From an uncultured archaeon (GTDB lineage: Archaea > Aenigmatarchaeota > Aenigmatarchaeia > CG10238-14 > SCSR01), in contig CAYJQI010000001.1 of NCBI GenBank assembly GCA_964372485.1, forward strand, positions 128,001 to 192,000: a stretch of DNA of 64,000 nt. Reading direction: 5' to 3'. The notes under the pieces are model-generated. The model was not told the origin of the DNA and searched no databases. It was given only the letters and a program-made list of their open reading frames with translations. The translations under genes were made by a program, and so were the position numbers. Within the stretch, counting starts at the first letter, position 1; each line of letters opens with the position of its first letter. Of the stretch, positions 17,673 to 26,443 are shown one piece after another.

Positions 17673-18176
17673 ATGGCATTTGCAATTGAAAATTTTGTTT
17701 CTCAAGAACTAACTCAAATTCTTGTAACTGCGGTAATTCCATTTTTGATAATTTTTGCTGTCCTTTTGTTTGCGTTGAGACAAACTAGAGTTCTTGGAAG
17801 CAATAATTTGATTTATATTATATTATCAGCAGGATTCACGATCATGATTTATGCTGTCCGTCCAGAAACTTTTGCATTTCTTGCATCTTATCTAGTACAA
17901 CTGAGTGTAGCCGGTGCTATTATAGCTCTATTGGGTGTTTTCATAGTCATAGTTTTTTCTTTATTGAGACGTGGACAGAATATTACAGATATGTTCAAAT
18001 CCGAAGCAGACAAATTGAAAGCATTGGAAAAAGAAGAGATCAAATTAAGGAATCGATATCAATCTCGTGGATTTATGTCACCAAATATTGCTGAACGAGA
18101 AGAGATCGCAGGTAAATTAGAAAAAATAGAGCATGAAAAAAAATTCCTACTGGCCAAACTGAGAAGACTTCACTAG
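17673..18176 (+). CDS. membrane protein, paralogue 1 of a 4-gene tandem family (has a C-terminal coiled coil)
   Basis: 167 aa. ..LTQILVTAVIPFLIIFAVLLFALRQTRVLGS.. carries the family signature. The C-terminus is KSEADKLKALEKEEIKLRNRY.. Confidence 0.55.
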   Translation: MAFAIENFVSQELTQILVTAVIPFLIIFAVLLFALRQTRVLGSNNLIYIILSAGFTIMIYAVRPETFAFLASYLVQLSVAGAIIALLGVFIVIVFSLLRRGQNITDMFKSEADKLKALEKEEIKLRNRYQSRGFMSPNIAEREEIAGKLEKIEHEKKFLLAKLRRLH

Positions 18177-18215
18177 CCTTTAAATTTTTACTAAACTAAA
18201 TTAACAAAAGATATA

Positions 18216-18755
18216 ATGGTAAATGTTTTTGAGATTGCGGTTGAAAGGCTTAACGAGTTAGGATTTTACAATTTTCTACTTCCGTTCATATTATTTACTG
18301 CAATCGTATTTGCAGTTCTGAGGAAAACCCACATCTTAGGAGATTCGGTTTCGATCAATGCTGTTGTAGCAGTTTCAGCTGGATTGTTAGTTTTAGGTGC
18401 ACCAGTTCTATTGGGTGGAGATTTAATCCATCCTTTAACAGCATTCATGACGCAGTCACTAGTTGTTATGTTGGTAATTATAGTTGGTTTTATGTTAGCT
18501 AGTTTCTTCTATCCAAATATAACGGAAAAATTAGGGGAAATATTCAAGGCTCCTGGACCAGCGAACTGGCTTATTTGGGGAACTGTTGCACTTGCTGCGG
18601 TATTTGGATTGTTCACATTCATCGGCAAACCTATCGGAACTGCGATAAGTGGCGCTAAAATACCAAGTGAATTAATAAGTATGGTTGTAATAGTATTCAT
18701 AGTTATGATAATTTTACTTGTAGTAACGATAGGTGCAGGGAAGGAGGCTAAGTAA
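18216..18755 (+). CDS. membrane protein, paralogue 2 of the tandem family
   Basis: 179 aa starting MVNVFEIAVERLNELGFYNFLLPFILFTAIVFAVLRKTHILGD, followed by about 4 more TM helices. Confidence 0.6.
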   Translation: MVNVFEIAVERLNELGFYNFLLPFILFTAIVFAVLRKTHILGDSVSINAVVAVSAGLLVLGAPVLLGGDLIHPLTAFMTQSLVVMLVIIVGFMLASFFYPNITEKLGEIFKAPGPANWLIWGTVALAAVFGLFTFIGKPIGTAISGAKIPSELISMVVIVFIVMIILLVVTIGAGKEAK

Positions 18756-19300
18756 TGGTGTCGTTTTTTGAAAATGCAATTTTGAAACTTCAGGAGTTGG
18801 GATTTTTCCAATTCTTCTTACCATTCCTTTTAACAGCTGCTATAGTTTATGGTGGATTGAGAAGAGCGCAGTTGTTTGGAGATCCTGATAAGAATATCGC
18901 TGTGAATGGAATTGTTGCTTTTGTTATTAGTTTGTTTGTATGGGCAGCACCAATAATTCTTGGAGTGGATATAGAATCAAGATTGTCGGCATTTTTCATC
19001 CAAGGGATTAGTGTATCGTTGATAGTTTTATTTGGACTAATAATATCGAGTATGTTTTTCCCACCAGATTTGGCAAAGAACTTGAGTGATAGAGTCAAGA
19101 CACCGATTTTCTGGGGAGGGATTGTTATTGTGGCATTGATTATTTTCATTGTTATTCTGATATCGAGTGGGTTAGCATCTGTTTTGTTTCCACGAGGGGT
19201 AGGAGTTAGTATATCATCGGCAACATGGGGAACAATTGCAGCCATGGCAGCTCTTGTTATAAGTTTATTTATAGTAGTAAGAGCCGGAGGAGGCAAATAA
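18755..19300 (+). CDS. membrane protein, paralogue 3 of the tandem family
   Basis: 181 aa starting MVSFFENAILKLQELGFFQFFLPFLLTAAIVYGGLRRAQLFGD. TAATG overlap with paralogue 2. Confidence 0.6.
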   Translation: MVSFFENAILKLQELGFFQFFLPFLLTAAIVYGGLRRAQLFGDPDKNIAVNGIVAFVISLFVWAAPIILGVDIESRLSAFFIQGISVSLIVLFGLIISSMFFPPDLAKNLSDRVKTPIFWGGIVIVALIIFIVILISSGLASVLFPRGVGVSISSATWGTIAAMAALVISLFIVVRAGGGK

Positions 19301-19333
19301 TGTTTAAATCTTTAGAAAAGAAAATAGGGTTAG

Positions 19334-19981
19334 TTGAAAATGAAAAGTGAAATTACTTCTAAGATTGGATTGAGTTTTATTCTCAGTATTTTGATGTTTT
19401 CTACGATAACGTTTGCTCAAGGATTTGCAAACATTGTTGAGACATTGAAGGAAGTTGGTGTTTTCGAGTTCTATCTTCCTTTCTTATTGGTTTTTGCAGT
19501 TTTGTACGCTTTGTTGTTGAAAGCGGGTATTTTCGGTACACAAAAGCAGCTAGTCACTATTATCGCATTAGCTGCATCTGCATTCATAATGGTTTATGTA
19601 CCTGTAGGAATAACATTTGGACAGTTCTTAACTAATTTTGTAGGAAATGCTGTAACTGCAATATTGACTGTTCTTTTGTTTTTGATATTTATTGGTATGC
19701 TTCAAAGTGGTAAAATATTACCTGAATCTATGGCAGATGTTTTCAAAGGTAGTGTTCTATGGATAGTGCTTATTTTTATTTTATTGATCGCGTTTGGTGT
19801 GTTCATTTCAAGTGGAGGAACTTCAATATTCCCCGGTCTTAAGATATTTCCAACTCAATCATTTGGAGGCGTTGGGGGACTTGAACCATCTACAATTGCT
19901 ATAATTGTTTTGATTATTGGAACGGCTATTATCATTTTCCTATTTGCTAAAGGGGACAAAGCCGCAGCAGCAAAAACTTAG
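19334..19981 (+). CDS. membrane protein, paralogue 4 of the tandem family (extra signal-peptide-like N-terminus)
   Basis: 215 aa. ..FANIVETLKEVGVFEFYLPFLLVFAVLYALLLKAGIFG.. is preceded by KIGLSFILSILMFSTITFAQG. The track start is TTG at 19334; the ATG at 19340 is an equally plausible start. Confidence 0.6.
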   Translation: MKMKSEITSKIGLSFILSILMFSTITFAQGFANIVETLKEVGVFEFYLPFLLVFAVLYALLLKAGIFGTQKQLVTIIALAASAFIMVYVPVGITFGQFLTNFVGNAVTAILTVLLFLIFIGMLQSGKILPESMADVFKGSVLWIVLIFILLIAFGVFISSGGTSIFPGLKIFPTQSFGGVGGLEPSTIAIIVLIIGTAIIIFLFAKGDKAAAAKT

Positions 19982-20045
19982 GAGAAATTAACTACTTTTC
20001 AGTGTCTACACATAACTTTAAATGACTAGTCGTTAACTAATAATT

Positions 20046-20675
20046 ATGAGTGAATCTTTGGCAGTTTTAGCTACGCAATTAGATGAGCCTAAAATCGTTG
20101 TAGAACCTGGGGTGGACGCTTCTAGGGTTAACGAAATAAAAAATAATATTGTTAAAGCTGAACATGGATTGGCTCATTTTATGAGCAGATATATACCAAA
20201 TGCTCGAAGTTTCCTAAACAAAGGAACGTATTACATCAAACGTCTCGGAAGAGGACTTGGAGGTATATTCAATCCTGAAGATGATAGTTTGCAGATAAAT
20301 CCTGATCAACCAAGTTCTAATTTTAGAGATGAATCTACTGTTCATGAAAAGATACATTTCTATCAGAAAGTTGGTGGTGCATTAGGAAGATATTGGGATG
20401 GTCTTATTTCGAACTTGGGTGATTTTGGTGCAATGTTATACAAGCCAATCATAGAAGGTGGAGCATCTTATTTGACACAACTTTATAGAGGACAGAAAAG
20501 TGAAGATGCATATTCTCCATATAGAGCAGGTGCAGAGGAAGTTGCGCATAAGCATGGTGCAGGTGTTTTAGTCAATCCGCCTAAAGATTCAAGAAAACTT
20601 ATGCAAATAGCAGGAACTTTTATTGACGGAATGTCAAAGTACATCAGGAAAAATCCTAGAGTAGCATATGCCTAA
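20046..20675 (+). CDS. hypothetical protein with an HExxH motif (possible zinc metallopeptidase-like)
   Basis: 209 aa. The only recognisable motif is 'STVHEKIHFYQ' (HEKIH). Confidence 0.45.
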   Translation: MSESLAVLATQLDEPKIVVEPGVDASRVNEIKNNIVKAEHGLAHFMSRYIPNARSFLNKGTYYIKRLGRGLGGIFNPEDDSLQINPDQPSSNFRDESTVHEKIHFYQKVGGALGRYWDGLISNLGDFGAMLYKPIIEGGASYLTQLYRGQKSEDAYSPYRAGAEEVAHKHGAGVLVNPPKDSRKLMQIAGTFIDGMSKYIRKNPRVAYA

Positions 20676-21418
20676 ATTAGATATTCTTCTTCTGTGAAAT
20701 GAAGCTTTCCAGGAATAATTATTACGGCGGGTATATCTAATATTTCACGATTCATGATATTATTCACAGTGTCGTAAATTATTACAGGATTTTCACTACC
20801 AACTTTAGCAAAAACAATTATTTTTTCATCGCTGACAATTTCACCATCCAAAAGAACCTTCAATCCTTCGTTAACAGTCATGTATCTGTTTTCTTCAGCC
20901 ACAACATCAAGAAGACATAATGTATGGAGATCTCGTTTCTTGTTTTCTTGAATAACTTCGAAAACTGATTGGGGAGGATTATTTTTTGTTTTTTCCGGGA
21001 ATGGAATTGTAACGTATCTTCCGAATTTTTGAGAATGTAAACCGGTTTCTCCAAGAGCTGATAGAATTGAAGCATTGTGTATTATTTTGGTTTCTATCCC
21101 AAGTTTTTTCGCGTCAAACAAAAGTGAATAATGTGTTGTTTGTATGAGAGGATCTCCTTGGATTAAGATGGCTATTTTCTGATTTTTGGCTTCTTCGATT
21201 ATTTTTCTAGAATCTTCTTCTAGATCTTTTCTTTTCAATTCGAAGATTTTCTTTCCTATCAGATTTTCAAGATTGGTTAAATTTCCATACCATTTACCTG
21301 TATAAAGTTCGATGTAGATTTTATCGGAATTTTTGAGCTCGTCAACTGCTTTCAGAGACAAATCATTCTCATTATACAATCCCAACCCAATTAAATTCAA
21401 TGACATAAACAGAATCAA
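20672..21418 (-). CDS. dph5: diphthine synthase
   Basis: 248 aa. LNLIGLGLYNENDLSLKAVDELKNSDKIYIELYT.. and ..ILIQGDPLIQTTH.. match the diphthine synthase / tetrapyrrole-methylase fold pattern. Confidence 0.85.
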   Translation of the reverse strand: MILFMSLNLIGLGLYNENDLSLKAVDELKNSDKIYIELYTGKWYGNLTNLENLIGKKIFELKRKDLEEDSRKIIEEAKNQKIAILIQGDPLIQTTHYSLLFDAKKLGIETKIIHNASILSALGETGLHSQKFGRYVTIPFPEKTKNNPPQSVFEVIQENKKRDLHTLCLLDVVAEENRYMTVNEGLKVLLDGEIVSDEKIIVFAKVGSENPVIIYDTVNNIMNREILDIPAVIIIPGKLHFTEEEYLI

Positions 21419-21442
21419 TTACAAAACTTTAACTTGTTAATA

Positions 21443-21913
21443 TTACTTTACTGCATCTAATGAATCCATATACCATTTACCAATGCTTCTGCCATTCAAA
21501 AATTCTGTATTTTTAGGTATTCTTTTACCTCTTCCCCATAATCCATGATAAATGCCACCTAAACCGCTCAATATGCTTCCTACTACAGCACCTCCGAAAA
21601 GTACACCTAGAGGACCTAGAGCTAGTCCCATACTTCCGCCCATAATAGCCCCCAAAGCACCTAATCCTTTATATGGTTTTTGAACGAACCACTCGTCTGT
21701 TCTGTTATAAGCTCTTTTCGCATAATCTCCAATTCTAGAAATGTAACTTCTCTGACCAGATTGTCTTTCTTGGTATAATCTACCACTACCCATCTCTTTC
21801 TCACGAAGTTCATAGCGTCTCAAGTCTTCAATTGGGATTCTTTGAGCAGAAGCTCTATCTATTCTACCAAGTTGTTCATACAGTTGCAATGAAAGATTGT
21901 CCACTCTTGACAT
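21443..21913 (-). CDS. hypothetical protein with a glycine-zipper membrane segment
   Basis: 156 aa. GLGALGAIMGGSMGLALGPLGVLFGGAVVGSILSGLGGIYHGLWG. Confidence 0.45.
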   Translation of the reverse strand: MSRVDNLSLQLYEQLGRIDRASAQRIPIEDLRRYELREKEMGSGRLYQERQSGQRSYISRIGDYAKRAYNRTDEWFVQKPYKGLGALGAIMGGSMGLALGPLGVLFGGAVVGSILSGLGGIYHGLWGRGKRIPKNTEFLNGRSIGKWYMDSLDAVK

Positions 21914-21980
21914 ACTTATCTATTCACTACTTCTCAGTGATGGTATATAAGCTTTATTGTTCTGGAGAATATAATTCATT

Positions 21981-22349
21981 ATGGCAGAAGCTGTAATAGT
22001 GGCTATAATTTGGGTGATGGTAACACTTGTTCTGATGGGATTTATTTTCTATGTGTTTGGCTTTGAAATGCCCATATATCTCTTATTAATGGCAATCGGA
22101 TTTATGTCATATACATATTCAGACAATCCTGGTGTCAAATTCGTGGGTGGATTTATTGGAAGATTCTTCGCCACACTTTTCATAATAAGCATGATGTACT
22201 ATTTAGGAACGAAAACGTTCTTTCCCGCAGATCCATTTAATTTTAGATTTCTCTCAATAGGCATACAGTTCTCTGTAGACTTTTTTAATAACATCTCTAA
22301 TTTCATCGGAAGAATAGTTTTAAACTTGTTCAATAGTATTATACCATGA
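21981..22349 (+). CDS. small polytopic membrane protein
   Basis: 122 aa with 3-4 hydrophobic helices. 4-nt overlap with the downstream trm5. Confidence 0.45.
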   Translation: MAEAVIVAIIWVMVTLVLMGFIFYVFGFEMPIYLLLMAIGFMSYTYSDNPGVKFVGGFIGRFFATLFIISMMYYLGTKTFFPADPFNFRFLSIGIQFSVDFFNNISNFIGRIVLNLFNSIIP

Positions 22350-23185
22350 GACCACTGGCCAAAGTCTTGAAAGGAAAGATTTCTGATGAACAGTTGGAAC
22401 TTGTACCGCGTAGTTATGATATCATTGGTTCTGAAGAGAAGGCTGTGGCTGTAATAGAAATACCAGAAGGATTGGATAAGAAATTAATCGCAGAGTCGTT
22501 GATGGAAGTTAATAAGAATGTGAAATCTGTTCTCAATGAAACTTCTGGGAAAAAAGGGACATTTAGATTAAGTGATTTGGAATTAGTTGTAGGGGATAGC
22601 AATACTGAAGTTACACATAAGGAACATGGATATTTGTTGAGATTGGATCCTAGAAAAGTCTTCTTCTCACCAAGAGAAGCTACGGACAGACAAAGAATTG
22701 CGTCATTGGTTAAACCGGGTGAAAATGTGTGTGTATTTTTTTCAGGATGTGCACCCTATTCGATTGCGATTTCTAAAAAACAACCATTAGTTGAGAAAGT
22801 TTATTCGATAGAAATAAATCCTGATGCGCATTCATATGCACAAGAAAATGTTAGGATAAACAAACTCGCACATAAAATTATTTTGATAAATGATGATGTT
22901 AGAAAAGCTGCTGCAAGTTTGAAAATAAAATTTGATAGAATTGTGATGCCTATGGCGGTCGATGGAGAGAAGTATCTTAATGATGCGTTCAAAGTTGTGA
23001 AGCAGGGAGGGATTGTACATTTCTATTCGACTGGAGAGGAAGAGGATTTATTTTCGGAAGCTGAGAAACTAGTGATTAACAACGCGTTGAATAGTATGAA
23101 GAAGATAAAATTTGTTGGTAGAACCCGAATGTCGCCATTTGGTATAAGAAAATACAAGATTTGTTTGGATGTCCAAGTTAATTGA
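22346..23185 (+). CDS. trm5: tRNA (guanine37-N1)-methyltransferase, Trm5 / Met-10+ family
   Basis: 279 aa. ..FFSPREATDRQRIASLVKPGENVCVFFSGCAPYSIAI..YSIEINPDAHSYAQENVRINKL.. is the Met-10+ class I methyltransferase pattern. Confidence 0.75.
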   Translation: MRPLAKVLKGKISDEQLELVPRSYDIIGSEEKAVAVIEIPEGLDKKLIAESLMEVNKNVKSVLNETSGKKGTFRLSDLELVVGDSNTEVTHKEHGYLLRLDPRKVFFSPREATDRQRIASLVKPGENVCVFFSGCAPYSIAISKKQPLVEKVYSIEINPDAHSYAQENVRINKLAHKIILINDDVRKAAASLKIKFDRIVMPMAVDGEKYLNDAFKVVKQGGIVHFYSTGEEEDLFSEAEKLVINNALNSMKKIKFVGRTRMSPFGIRKYKICLDVQVN

Positions 23186-23189
23186 TCGT

Positions 23190-23287
23190 GCAGGGGTCGC
23201 ATAGTCTGGTCAGTTTAACAGAAAATTGCGCCGGGTTCAGGGCTCGGTCGGTTAGTCCGTACGAGAGTTCGAATCTCTCCTCCTGCA
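23190..23287 (+). tRNA. tRNA-Leu (anticodon CAG), class II, 98 nt, with an unusually long D-loop (about 25 nt)
   Basis: Folded by hand. Acceptor GCAGGGG (23190-96) pairs with CTCCTGC (23280-86, one G-U), discriminator A. Anticodon stem CCGGG/CTCGG with loop TTCAGGG (CAG at 23238-40, G37). Variable arm 23248-62 (CGG/CCG stem). T arm GAGAG-TTCGAAT-CTCTC. No encoded CCA. Confidence 0.75.
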
Positions 23288-23385
23288 TTTATATTACAAT
23301 TTTATATACGATTTTTAATAGTCTTGTAAAGATGATTTTCTAAGAAAATTCATAATCATTTCTTTTAGGAATTTTTCTTGAATTA

Positions 23386-24102
23386 TTAATGAAATTGTTT
23401 TTCAGATTTGCGATCTTCATATTGAATTTCTAATCCAACAAGTCCTCTTCCCAATCTAAATTTATCATCGAATGAAATTGTGTAAGGAAAAATACCTCTA
23501 TTCTCAAAAGACTGAGCAACCAATTTTGACACCTTCACACCTTCGATATTTTGCAAGTTTGCGGCAATTCCTTCTAAATCAATTTTGGTAAACTCTCTAG
23601 GTTGAGATAAATGCCCATTAGAGTATGGTTCATGTGATGTTAAAGTTATACAAGGTTCATTGTAAATTTCAATGGGTTGCTGATAAGGTATATGTTTATG
23701 GTGAATTATATTGCCTTCGTCATCAAATTTGTCATCGTCATACCATAAGCCAGATTTATCAAAATACAAGCCACTACAAGAGTTAGACAGTAAAGGATCA
23801 ATTCTACAGTCTTCTTCAAATTCCATCTTTACGTTTCGATTGGGTATTCTAACTCTTGCTCCTCTATTTACAGGATAAGAATGAATTATTGTAGTTAGAA
23901 AAACAGATGCCTGCATTTCTGGAGGTAAATCTGAAACATTGTCTAAATGTTGAAGGTAAAGTTTTTGTCCAATTGGTGTTTTGGGTAGATACGGATTAGA
24001 AGGAAATGTTTTTAAAAAATCGCCTACCAAATCTGCGGCTACTGCCATAATTTGACTATAGTCCCATAAATCGCCAGTTGCTTCTACAATCTGTGAATTC
24101 AT
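23386..24102 (-). CDS. hypothetical protein (orphan)
   Basis: 238-aa ORF, soluble-looking, with no motif I recognise. Confidence 0.45.
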   Translation of the reverse strand: MNSQIVEATGDLWDYSQIMAVAADLVGDFLKTFPSNPYLPKTPIGQKLYLQHLDNVSDLPPEMQASVFLTTIIHSYPVNRGARVRIPNRNVKMEFEEDCRIDPLLSNSCSGLYFDKSGLWYDDDKFDDEGNIIHHKHIPYQQPIEIYNEPCITLTSHEPYSNGHLSQPREFTKIDLEGIAANLQNIEGVKVSKLVAQSFENRGIFPYTISFDDKFRLGRGLVGLEIQYEDRKSEKQFH

Positions 24103-24242
24103 GTTTTTCTATTAACGGTAAATGATTTAAACGTTCTGAACTGCCAACGTACACGCTAATGTCATTCAAAGCTTATTGAGAGATTTGACTATACACTCCC
24201 CTGCATTAACTTAAAAAAACATTAAAACACAATAATGATGTT

Positions 24243-25397
24243 ATGGTAAGTTTAGAAATTGGATCCTTGCTGGTATTCTTGTTCATAGTTGCTGTGTTGG
24301 TTTACAAGGATAGGAAAAACATTTCTTTCAACTATGGATTAGTGATACGACGATGGGAGGGAGGAGTCAAAATAATTGATCGCTTGGTCAAAAAATATCC
24401 GACTTTTATAAGAAGACTGGGTAATGTAGGTGTTGCAATAGGAGTAATTGCCGGAATAGGGGGAATGATTATTTTAATTGCATTAACTGTGAAACTACAA
24501 CAAAGTTTTGCGCTTGTTCTACCAACTGCAGGAGGATATGAGATACCTGGACCTGTTTTTTCAGTTCCATTCTGGTATTGGTTTATAGCAATTTTCATTA
24601 TAGCTCTTACGCACGAAACTTTCCATGCGATTTTCATTAGATTAGAAAAAGTTCCATTGAAAAATTATGGCATAATGATGTTACTTCTATTGCCTATTGG
24701 TGCATTTGTTGATCCTGACAATAATAGAATCAAAAGATTGGCAATGATGAAAAAGTTAAGAATTTTTGCTGCAGGCAGTTTCATAAATTTCATTGTCGGT
24801 TTTCTCTCGATAGGTTTGTTTTTATTGAGTGTGTTAGCATTAGATGGATTAACAAATACAAGTGGTGTTGAAATTGCATCAGTAGATGTTGATTCTCCTG
24901 CCGATATGGTAAATCTACAAGGTAAGATACAGAAATTCAACGATGTTCAAATCACAAGCACTCAAGATTTTGTAAATGCAATGAATACAACTCAAGTTGG
25001 TGACCAAGTTATAATTGTTACAGATATAGGAAGTTATACAGTCATGCTTGAAGAACATCCTCAGATCGAGGACAGACCTTATATCGGAATTAAAATGCGT
25101 GAATTACTTGAATATAATTTGTTTGGAATGAAAGGTATCGTTCCATTAGGATTTTTAGAAATATTCTTTGTGGTATCATCATTTCTTAATTGGCTGTTCA
25201 TGATAAGTTTGGGTGTAGGTGTTGTAAATATGTTACCGGTAAAACCTTTGGATGGTGGATTATTCTTTGAAGAGATATTCGTAAAATATTTTGGTAACAA
25301 AGGAAAATTATTGATAAGAGCAACGACCATATTAATAGTCGGAATTCTGATTTTCAATCTTTTCATTGTTCCGTGGTTAAGAAGCCTTATTGGATAA
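24243..25397 (+). CDS. site-2 protease family (M50) intramembrane metalloprotease with an inserted PDZ-like domain
   Basis: 384 aa. HETFH (HExxH) sits in a TM helix, the second motif is NMLPVKPLDGG, and a soluble insert (..SGVEIASVDVDSPADMVNLQGKI..) lies between them. Confidence 0.85.
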   Translation: MVSLEIGSLLVFLFIVAVLVYKDRKNISFNYGLVIRRWEGGVKIIDRLVKKYPTFIRRLGNVGVAIGVIAGIGGMIILIALTVKLQQSFALVLPTAGGYEIPGPVFSVPFWYWFIAIFIIALTHETFHAIFIRLEKVPLKNYGIMMLLLLPIGAFVDPDNNRIKRLAMMKKLRIFAAGSFINFIVGFLSIGLFLLSVLALDGLTNTSGVEIASVDVDSPADMVNLQGKIQKFNDVQITSTQDFVNAMNTTQVGDQVIIVTDIGSYTVMLEEHPQIEDRPYIGIKMRELLEYNLFGMKGIVPLGFLEIFFVVSSFLNWLFMISLGVGVVNMLPVKPLDGGLFFEEIFVKYFGNKGKLLIRATTILIVGILIFNLFIVPWLRSLIG

Positions 25398-25941
25398 TTT
25401 CAGTTTTTCTAATTTCGAAATTTCGTATAGGATAAAGAACTCGTCCGGCTTTTAGAACTTTTGATTTCATTTCGTTTGAAAGCATTTTTTGTATGAATTC
25501 TTCAAGAGTAACGTCTTCAACTTCTTTCTTTATGACTTCACTAACAAAATCTTTTATTCTACCCGCAACACTTGTCTTTGCTTTTTTAGAAATAATAATC
25601 ATTCCTTTAATTCTGATAGTTACATTATCACTAGTTTTCAAATCTTGAACTGAATCGATTCTTCTAATTCTGTGTAAAACCATTCTTGATATGTAATCTT
25701 GCATGCATTCAGATCCATCAAATTTTGTGGATGCTTTATCACTATTTACAGAATCAATTTTGAATTTCAATTTGATGTAATATTTGTTTATGTCATTTGT
25801 TAGTTCTACTGCATTGACACTTATTGTTTTTCCCACCAATGTTTCAGGTGCAGTTGAAACTGTTTTTCCGATTTCTTTTTCACCAAAATATTTAGGAGCC
25901 AGAACTGTAAACCATTGTTTACCTTTGAGTTTTACTGCCAT
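25387..25941 (-). CDS. rps3ae: 30S ribosomal protein S3Ae (eS1)
   Basis: 184 aa. MAVKLKGKQWFTVLAPKYFGEKEIGKT.. is typical of archaeal S3Ae. Confidence 0.9.
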   Translation of the reverse strand: MAVKLKGKQWFTVLAPKYFGEKEIGKTVSTAPETLVGKTISVNAVELTNDINKYYIKLKFKIDSVNSDKASTKFDGSECMQDYISRMVLHRIRRIDSVQDLKTSDNVTIRIKGMIIISKKAKTSVAGRIKDFVSEVIKKEVEDVTLEEFIQKMLSNEMKSKVLKAGRVLYPIRNFEIRKTEIIQ

Positions 25942-25945
25942 CGAT

Positions 25946-26416
25946 TCACCATTTCTCTACAATCAATCTTGCCTGTTCAGGATCGTAGTTCCATGTCTTT
26001 GGCATTCTACCTGTTCGAACATAATATTTAGATAGTCTTCGTATTTTTGACTCGAGGTTTTCCAATCCTCTTTTAGAATGTCTGTCTTTTCTGTTACCCA
26101 GCATATGTCGTCTCAATTCAACAGCTTTTCGTAATAAAAACATTAGATCTTCAGGAAATTCAGGATATAATTTATTTTCTCTCATTATTTGAGTTATTGA
26201 TTTTCCAGTCACAAGCTCAGAATCTGTGATTCCGTGAGTATCTCTTAAAATTGTTCCTATAACAGCAGAAGTGTTCTTTTTTTCGGCAAGGTCTTTGATT
26301 AGTTTTTCCATGTCCTCTTTCTTGAGTTTGGACCATGTTGGCATCGTTTTTATCGGAGGCTTGTGGCTACCCGAAGCTCCTTTTTTGCCTGAATATACTC
26401 TTGCCATAATCTCCAC
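25946..26416 (-). CDS. rps15: 30S ribosomal protein S15 (uS15 / S13e type)
   Basis: 156 aa. MARVYSGKKGASGSHKP.. with ..LRRHMLGNRKDRHSKRGLENLESKIRRLSKYY. Confidence 0.9.
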   Translation of the reverse strand: MEIMARVYSGKKGASGSHKPPIKTMPTWSKLKKEDMEKLIKDLAEKKNTSAVIGTILRDTHGITDSELVTGKSITQIMRENKLYPEFPEDLMFLLRKAVELRRHMLGNRKDRHSKRGLENLESKIRRLSKYYVRTGRMPKTWNYDPEQARLIVEKW

Positions 26417-26443
26417 TATTGTATCAGAAAAGACTTATATTTC

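Noticed and set aside
18847-19296. 149-aa minus-strand ORF (also 18266..18448 and 18509..18811)
   Set aside because: Antisense to the tandem membrane paralogues. The + frames are supported by the shared family signature and TM periodicity.
23320-23350. Small AT hairpin (ATTTTC-TAA-GAAAAT) downstream of the tRNA, as a possible terminator
   Set aside because: A six-bp, almost all-A/T stem in an AT-rich genome is expected by chance. Archaeal termination usually relies on T-tracts rather than hairpins.
23288-24102. Possible integrated element next to the tRNA-Leu gene (orphan 238-aa ORF directly downstream)
   Set aside because: I could find no integrase, no direct repeat of the tRNA 3' end and no other mobile-element gene. 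It is treated as an ordinary orphan gene.
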